The notes below the pieces were generated by a model. The model was not told where the DNA came from, made no database searches, and worked only from the letters and a program-made list of their open reading frames with translations. 64,000 bases of DNA from positions 1,504,001-1,568,000 of the forward strand of contig CAVYXA010000001.1 in NCBI GenBank assembly GCA_963772365.1. The letters run 5' to 3'. Below, in pieces: positions 55,584 to 64,000 of the stretch; the stretch's first letter is position 1, and the number at the start of each line of letters is the position of its first letter. A program made the position numbers and the translations under genes. Origin of the DNA: an uncultured Verrucomicrobiae bacterium (lineage in GTDB: Bacteria > Verrucomicrobiota > Verrucomicrobiia > Chthoniobacterales > UBA10450).

Positions 55584-57239
55584 TCAACGCCGGTGTAGAT
55601 ACTCCCACTCCTGCAATGCAATCGGAACGTTGCCGTTTTTCCAGAGATAATCATGGAAGGCCCGAAGATTGAATTTGTCTCCTTCCTGCATGCGTGCATC
55701 CGCGAGGAACTTTAAAATTTGGAGCTTCCCAATCTGATAAGTGAGCGCCTGACCGGGACCGACTGAAAATGCGATCGCCTCCTGGCGAGCGGTTTGTTCG
55801 TCCATCGGAACTTTCTCTTGAAGATATTTCGCGGCTTGCTCGAGCGTGAACTGGCCCAGCGCCAGTTTCACATCCACTTCCACGCGTAGCGCGCGTAACC
55901 GCATAAAGTTGTAAATGATTTCGCGCGTATGGGGGCTGTCGTCGAACAGTCCGGCTTGTAACATCATTTCCTCGGCGTAAAAGCCGATGCCTTCATTCGC
56001 GCCCGAATCGTAGTAGTGGCGCCGAATCGGGTCTTCGTGTTTCCAGGAAAGACATAGCTGAAAGTAATGACCGGGAATTCCTTCATGCACGCAAATCGGC
56101 CGCGAGTCCATCGCGGTTGCCCGCCAGAAGTACGGAAGCTTGTCAGACGGCTCAGTTACGTAACGGATGCAATTCTCGTTCAACCGCGATGGTGAAGTGA
56201 AATCATCCGTCTCAGTAAATCCGAGTGCTCGCAAATATTCCGGTGTCGATCTTAGCGTGTAATGCTGAACCCAATCCGGCACCGTCAGAATTCCTCGGTC
56301 ATCGAGAAATTTTCGGATCTGCAATTCCTTTACAGCCGCGTCTTTGATCTCAGCGTCGAGATTTGATGCGAGTTGGAGCGGCGGAACATCTTTGTTCCGA
56401 TTTTTCTCGTAGGTTTCAAACGCCACCGCTCGATTCCATTCCTGTTGTCCCATCGCCAGAATTTCCTCGGGCGAGTACGGATACAATGCGACCTTCTTAA
56501 GGAAAAAGAGGTAAGCGTCACGGCCGAGTGCGGTTTGCTGCGGAAGCGATGGCAAGAGCTTTTGTAGATGCGAGCGGAAATGCTCAAGCGCGTCGGCCGC
56601 GCGATTTGTCGCTCCATTCAATTCCTCCTCCTTAAGGGTTGTCGAAGGGCGGAGCGAGTTCGCCATCTTTTGGAGTCGCTCGCGGATTCCACCTAACGCT
56701 TGAATCGCGACCCCGGCGAACGGCGCAGGTGGCTTATCGAGATTTCCTTCAGCCTCGTCGAGGATCGAGGGGATGTTTGCAATCCGCGTGAGAATTTCAC
56801 GGCTCCGCGTTTCATCGTAAGGTGCGGGAACTGTTAGCGCCTCAGCGAGTGCGGTGAGCGTTTGTTCCAGATAGAAGTTCGGATCGCGTTTCCAGCGCGG
56901 ATTGATGTCGAGCTCCCAATGGACGCGCGAGAGCGCCGACCCCATCAATTTGTAGTCAACCTGCTTTGAAATTGACCAATCCTGGGTGCTGATTTTTTTC
57001 AAACGCATTTCAAATGCGGCGCGATCCTTTCGGCGTTTCCCGATCGCTGCGCGCGACCAATCACGAATCCCGTCCGGGCGTTCCATCCGGTTTACATCGT
57101 CGCCGGTAAACGGCGCATTCTTGGCGCGCCATTGCCAGAAATCGTCAGCCAGTCGTTCAAGCGAGTCCGCCTGCGCGTGAGAAATCGCCAGAACGACCAC
57201 TGAACAGATGAGAATGGTAATTCGTTTTGCCGCCGTCAT
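55584..57239 (-). CDS. DUF885 family protein (zincin-like)
   Basis: HEGIPGH.FQ, EG..FYAE, PGQAL.Y.IG. Confidence 0.88.
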   Translation of the reverse strand: MTAAKRITILICSVVVLAISHAQADSLERLADDFWQWRAKNAPFTGDDVNRMERPDGIRDWSRAAIGKRRKDRAAFEMRLKKISTQDWSISKQVDYKLMGSALSRVHWELDINPRWKRDPNFYLEQTLTALAEALTVPAPYDETRSREILTRIANIPSILDEAEGNLDKPPAPFAGVAIQALGGIRERLQKMANSLRPSTTLKEEELNGATNRAADALEHFRSHLQKLLPSLPQQTALGRDAYLFFLKKVALYPYSPEEILAMGQQEWNRAVAFETYEKNRNKDVPPLQLASNLDAEIKDAAVKELQIRKFLDDRGILTVPDWVQHYTLRSTPEYLRALGFTETDDFTSPSRLNENCIRYVTEPSDKLPYFWRATAMDSRPICVHEGIPGHYFQLCLSWKHEDPIRRHYYDSGANEGIGFYAEEMMLQAGLFDDSPHTREIIYNFMRLRALRVEVDVKLALGQFTLEQAAKYLQEKVPMDEQTARQEAIAFSVGPGQALTYQIGKLQILKFLADARMQEGDKFNLRAFHDYLWKNGNVPIALQEWEYLHRR

Positions 57240-58333
57240 GCTCGATCGCTTTTCAATCGTTTCTCGCGCTCAAACCGTTCCAGCGCGAGATGGATCAGTC
57301 TATCGATTAATTCCGTGTAAGAGATGCCGGTTGCTTCCCAGAGCTTCGGATACATGCTGATTCGGGTGAATCCTGGGATCGTGTTGATCTCGTTAACGAT
57401 GATTTCTTTGTCGTTCCTGAGGAAGAAATCGACTCGCGCCATCCCCTCACAGCAAAGCACGGAAAACACTTTGATTGCCAGATGTCGGATGCGGTCTGAA
57501 ATCGCCGGAGGCAGCTCCGCCGGTATTTCCAACGCAGCGCCGTTCTCATCGAGATACTTCGCTTCGTACGAATAAAATTCGTGGCTCGGCAAAATTTCGC
57601 CCGGGACTGATGCAATGGGTTGGTCGTTGCCGAGCACTGAACACTCTATCTCGCGACCACTGATGCATTCCTCGATCAACACTTTATTGTCATACTGAAA
57701 TGCATCACGAAGGGCGCTCTCGAATTCTGCCCGATTTTGAATTTTATGGATGCCAACTGATGAACCCAGGTTTGCGGGTTTGATAAAAAGTGGCAGACCG
57801 AGTTGCTCCCGCGCAGAATCGAAACTGATCGCCGTCGCAGGATATTTCCGGATCACGATAAATCGGGCGACCGGAATGCCAGCATCTCTCAATAGTCGCT
57901 TCATTGCGTCTTTATCCATGCCAATCGCTGAACCCAGAACGCCGGCGCCCACGAATGGGATGTTCGCGAGCTTCAATAGTCCCTGAACGGTGCCATCCTC
58001 GCCGAATGGGCCGTGCAGAACAGGGAAAATTACATCCAGCGAGCCAAGCCTTCGCGCACCGGAAATCGACACCAATTGTTCCCTCTGTGTTCCTGGAACA
58101 AGCGCAAGATTTTCACCGGTTTGCACTTCGGACAATTCGGATCGTTCTTTGAGAGGAAGGAAGCGCGATTCTTCATCAAGATGCCATTGCCCTTTTTTGT
58201 CGATGCCGATCAGGACAACATCGTATTTGTCGGTGTCGATCGCGTCGATAATGTTCTTCGCCGATTGCAAGGAAACTTCGTGCTCTGCAGAACGACCACC
58301 GAAAAGTATTCCAACGCGGATTTTTCGGGCCAT
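57236..58333 (-). CDS. ddl: D-alanine--D-alanine ligase
   Basis: GGRSAEHEVS, LHGP.GEDG, GSSVG, YSYEAKY, NEINTIPGFT. Confidence 0.95.
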   Translation of the reverse strand: MARKIRVGILFGGRSAEHEVSLQSAKNIIDAIDTDKYDVVLIGIDKKGQWHLDEESRFLPLKERSELSEVQTGENLALVPGTQREQLVSISGARRLGSLDVIFPVLHGPFGEDGTVQGLLKLANIPFVGAGVLGSAIGMDKDAMKRLLRDAGIPVARFIVIRKYPATAISFDSAREQLGLPLFIKPANLGSSVGIHKIQNRAEFESALRDAFQYDNKVLIEECISGREIECSVLGNDQPIASVPGEILPSHEFYSYEAKYLDENGAALEIPAELPPAISDRIRHLAIKVFSVLCCEGMARVDFFLRNDKEIIVNEINTIPGFTRISMYPKLWEATGISYTELIDRLIHLALERFEREKRLKSDRA

Positions 58334-60189
58334 TAGTTGTTGATTTTCTGCAACGCGTCCGGCTCGCGAAAGGGCAGTTCGATCACGCTGGCATGGGCAG
58401 CGTCATGATAAATCTGCACGTGGCAGGTCTGTGCGCTCTTGGCTGTTTCTTCCGCAACCACACCACCTGAGCAGTAATCCTTCTGCCAGAAAATGGAATT
58501 AGGAGAAGTAACGATCAGCCGGAGACGGCTGCCTTTCATCAATCTTCGCGCGACAAACAATCCCGGATCGAAATCGCACTTCACGATTTCGCCCGGCTTC
58601 ACCAATTTCGCCTGGCGCAGTGATTCACGATAACGCAAACGCCGAACATCGCTCCACAGGGCGATGCTCGTTCCATCCGGCTGAATTTCGTAAAGATCGG
58701 CTTCAAGATCGACATCGGGTCTGTCGATGGACGGCCACAGCGTCACCTTCGGGCAACCTACCAGCGGAGTCTCAGCGGAGAGCGAATCGGTATGATAAAC
58801 GAGGCCGTCTTTGCCGATGCTTAAAGCCAATCGTTGATCAATCCCCGCCGTTTTGTCATTCGGCTCTACACCCTCGACGTTTTCGCCACGGCTCGTGTCG
58901 AGCGGATTGTAAACATATCTGTCCGTCCCCGCGCTCGGCTTTTTGTCGCTGAGAAATCCGGATCGAAATACGCCATTAGCGTCCCCATTCTGTGAATCGA
59001 GGTAGAATGTTTTGGGATCGGCGACGAGCGCCGAGAAATCATCCGCATATTTCCACTCCCCGTTGGCGCCGCTATTTCCCGCGGCTAGCAAATAATACGC
59101 GACTCGCCTTTTCAGGAACTCCGGTTTCGGACCGTTCTTCAACGTCCAGTCGTACCATTGCCGATGCAGATCGTTAAGATCGACAATCGCTGCCGGGCCA
59201 AACTTTACTCCGCCGACTTCATCCGTTGGCGTACGTGTACCGGCATGGTCCCATGGGCCGATGACTAGGAAATGCTTTGCCTGCGCTTCCGCTGAAGCAT
59301 TCGCGATGTGACCGCGATAATACGCCAGGGCACCGAGCTCGTCACCATCAAATTGACCGGTGATCGTAAGGATCGGGACTGAGATCTTACTGAATTGTTC
59401 GACGCTCGGCACCATTGCGTCATAATAGGCATCGGCGATTGGATGCTTCAGGATCCGTTGAAAATTAACTGACGGATTTCCGACAAATGAATCAAGCTCT
59501 CTGAAGGCGATGTGCTTCTTGTAAGCGTCGAGAAATTTCCCGCGCCAAAATTTTTGATCGCTGAAGAGATTTTCCTGACCGGTATGCCCGCTGGTGAAGG
59601 TGAACCATTGTACGTCGTAAGGTTCGCCGATGTCGTTATAGGAAGGATAATCGAGAGGCGGATGGGCGGCAGCGGCTGGAACGATCGTGGCCAGATGTGC
59701 CGGAAAGTCCTTCGCGGTCGCCCACTGAGCGAACCCAGCGTACGAACCGCCCCACACTGCGACTTTGCCGTCGCAAAATGGCTGTTTGGCCAACCATTCC
59801 ACAACGTCATGTCCATCGCGCGGTTCCTGTGCGAATGGCTCGAATTCGCCGCCGGAATTGCCCCGGCCGCGAACATCGACAAGCGCGAAGACATAACCAT
59901 GCAACGCGAAGTATGCCGCGCGGGCATGATAGGAATCGGAAATGTAAGGCGTGAGCGTGAAAATAACGGGCATTTTCCGTGAGGAACCGTCCGGCGCATT
60001 CGGCAAATACAGGGTCGCGTTTAGTTCGACCTTGTCTTGCATTGGTATTCTTGCGCCCCAGCGAAGATGGTAATCAGCTGGTTCCCGGGACGGCAAAGGC
60101 GATGGAGAGAGAAGTGGCGGTGGCGTTTGGACCGCAATGAACGCGATGAAATTCAGCCACCTAAGGAAAGCTAAGATCGACGGTTTCAT
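58333..60189 (-). CDS. CocE/NonD family hydrolase
   Basis: TPY, DVRGRG.S.G, G.SY.G nucleophile, IGPWDH. Confidence 0.9.
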   Translation of the reverse strand: MKPSILAFLRWLNFIAFIAVQTPPPLLSPSPLPSREPADYHLRWGARIPMQDKVELNATLYLPNAPDGSSRKMPVIFTLTPYISDSYHARAAYFALHGYVFALVDVRGRGNSGGEFEPFAQEPRDGHDVVEWLAKQPFCDGKVAVWGGSYAGFAQWATAKDFPAHLATIVPAAAAHPPLDYPSYNDIGEPYDVQWFTFTSGHTGQENLFSDQKFWRGKFLDAYKKHIAFRELDSFVGNPSVNFQRILKHPIADAYYDAMVPSVEQFSKISVPILTITGQFDGDELGALAYYRGHIANASAEAQAKHFLVIGPWDHAGTRTPTDEVGGVKFGPAAIVDLNDLHRQWYDWTLKNGPKPEFLKRRVAYYLLAAGNSGANGEWKYADDFSALVADPKTFYLDSQNGDANGVFRSGFLSDKKPSAGTDRYVYNPLDTSRGENVEGVEPNDKTAGIDQRLALSIGKDGLVYHTDSLSAETPLVGCPKVTLWPSIDRPDVDLEADLYEIQPDGTSIALWSDVRRLRYRESLRQAKLVKPGEIVKCDFDPGLFVARRLMKGSRLRLIVTSPNSIFWQKDYCSGGVVAEETAKSAQTCHVQIYHDAAHASVIELPFREPDALQKINN

Positions 60190-60279
60190 GCCGGCCAACG
60201 TTGAAACGAAAGGTTGCAAAAAGACGCAAGCTTTGGCGACTGATTTATTGCAATGAATTCCGCAAATCCTTGCCGCAGC

Positions 60280-61139
60280 TCAACCATTCACAATCGTGCC
60301 GCCAGTCGGATGAAGAATCTGCCCTGTCATATAGGACGTATCGTCGGACGCGAGAAAAACGTAGCTGGGCGCGATCTCCTCAGGTTGGCCAGCGCGCCCC
60401 AACGGGACATTCGATCCAAACGTCTCAACGTCTTCCTTTGGAAATGACGCCGGAATTAGCGGCGTCCAGATCGGACCCGGTGCGACCGCGTTCACGCGAA
60501 TGCCTTTTTTGGCAAGGTTCTGCGATAACGAGCGGGTGAAAGCCACAATCGCGCCTTTCTTGGATGAATAGTCAAGCAGCCGCGGATTGCCTTTGTAAGC
60601 AGTGACCGATGCGGTATTGATGATACAGAGCCCTTCTTGAGGTACTTCATCGCGGCTTTGGTCATGAAGAAGAATGAGAAAATATTTGTGCGAAATGTGC
60701 GCTCCAATCGCTGCGCACTGATTTTCGTAATCGAATCCTGAAGATGCTGTTCGGCTGCGTTGTTGACCAGGATGTCGATCTTGCCGAATTCGTCGACAGC
60801 TTCGTCAATTGCTCGCCGACAGAATTCCTCATCACCCACATCGCCGTCGATTAGCAGACATTTCCGCCCCCATTCTTCGACGCAGCGCTCCGTTTCCTTC
60901 GCGTCCCTGTGTTCCTCGAGATAAATTACGCTTGTGTCAGCGCCTTCCTTGGCGAAAGCGATCGCGACCGCCTGCCCGATACCGCTGTCGCCCCCGGTAA
61001 TAACTGCGACTTTTTCCTTGAGCTTCCCGCTGCCAGAATATTCTTGGTCCGTAGATTCTGGTCGCGGAACCATTTTGTACTGCCGCCCCGGCTGTCTATT
61101 TTGGCGTTGAGGCGGCTGCAGCTTTTTTTTCGCCGGCAT
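60280..61139 (-). CDS. SDR oxidoreductase (YhdF/YghA-like); frameshift near 60620
   Basis: TGGDSGIG, NNAA; NAVAPGPIWTPLI in the downstream ORF. Confidence 0.88.
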
Positions 61140-61260
61140 TCCTAAGAAATTCGTAGCAGGACGGTGTGCCAGATGTTTTGCCGCGCAGACTTCCCGTAAA
61201 AGGCTACGTCGTAGGCGAATACGGCTGTCAGGAAATCTCGAAAAATTAACTGAGACAGGG

Positions 61261-61288
61261 TTGACGAAATAGCGATTGCCGTTAAGAT
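61261..61288 (+). promoter_or_regulatory. rRNA-type sigma70 promoter for the 23S gene
   Basis: TTGACG-16 bp-TAAGAT. Confidence 0.6.
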
Positions 61289-61476
61289 ATTGATCCCGCC
61301 TAACGCGGGGCTCCTTAAATCAGGAGCGTGTTCTACGTACATTTGGGACTGCAAATTGGACTCAATTTTGTCCCCGCTTTCGCCAAGGCTGCGGCGGGCA
61401 AGCCCGCTGGTTGAAGAGGAGAATCCGGGGCGCAAGATTGAGTTTTTTTGTCGCCTCAAAATGTACGAAAAGAATT

Positions 61477-61488
61477 GGTTCTTTGACA
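61477..61488 (+). promoter_or_regulatory. boxA antitermination element
   Basis: GGTTCTTTGACA, similar to the TGCTCTTTAACA consensus, in the 23S leader. Confidence 0.65.
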
Positions 61489-61627
61489 TCTACATACAGG
61501 GTAGTAAGAAAGTACAACTTTTAAGAGCTGAGTCTGAAATATCTGTGGCGACGGTCTGTGACCGTCGCTCAGGAGAGTTTCAGTTATCAAAGAATCTCGA
61601 TCCGGCGCATGCCGGATTGAACAGATT

Positions 61628-64000
<2,373 letters not shown>

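Noticed and set aside
61155..61172. sigma54 promoter for the SDR gene (TGGCACACCGTCCTGCT on -)
   Set aside because: GG-to-GC spacing is 11 nt, not the required 10.

Overview
This 64 kb window is from a soil-type Verrucomicrobiota chromosome (Chthoniobacterales/Spartobacteria-like, inferred from gene content). It is mostly housekeeping genes: nrdJ, thyA, ilvC, uvrA, a phoBR-like pair, rpoN, rplU-rpmA, fmt, pyrH-frr, proS, ispA, tRNA-Thr-tuf-tRNA-Trp-secE-nusG-rplK, ddl and a 23S rRNA gene with no 16S upstream. The main finding is a ~4 kb accessory island (about 6.8-10.8 kb) just downstream of nrdJ. It holds a translationally coupled three-gene operon (small helical protein, HExxH...ExxCD metallopeptidase-like protein, variant dCTP deaminase) behind a near-consensus sigma70 promoter with two tandem NrdR-like boxes. 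The operon converges on an EVE + PD-(D/E)xK nuclease gene, and a recoded duplicate of the nrdJ 3' end marks the island edge. I read this as a candidate dNTP-responsive anti-phage system; that function is inference. Also present: a tandem pilin pair with sigma54 promoters and a mosaic divergence pattern, flanked by TPR glycosyltransferases; a likely 6S RNA; a stand-alone HisKA-like microprotein; and rplK without rplA. Many single-base frameshifts in essential genes point to long-read errors, so the apparent peptidase-Dcd and PyrH-RRF fusions are probably artefacts. All calls come from motif recognition; no database search was run.
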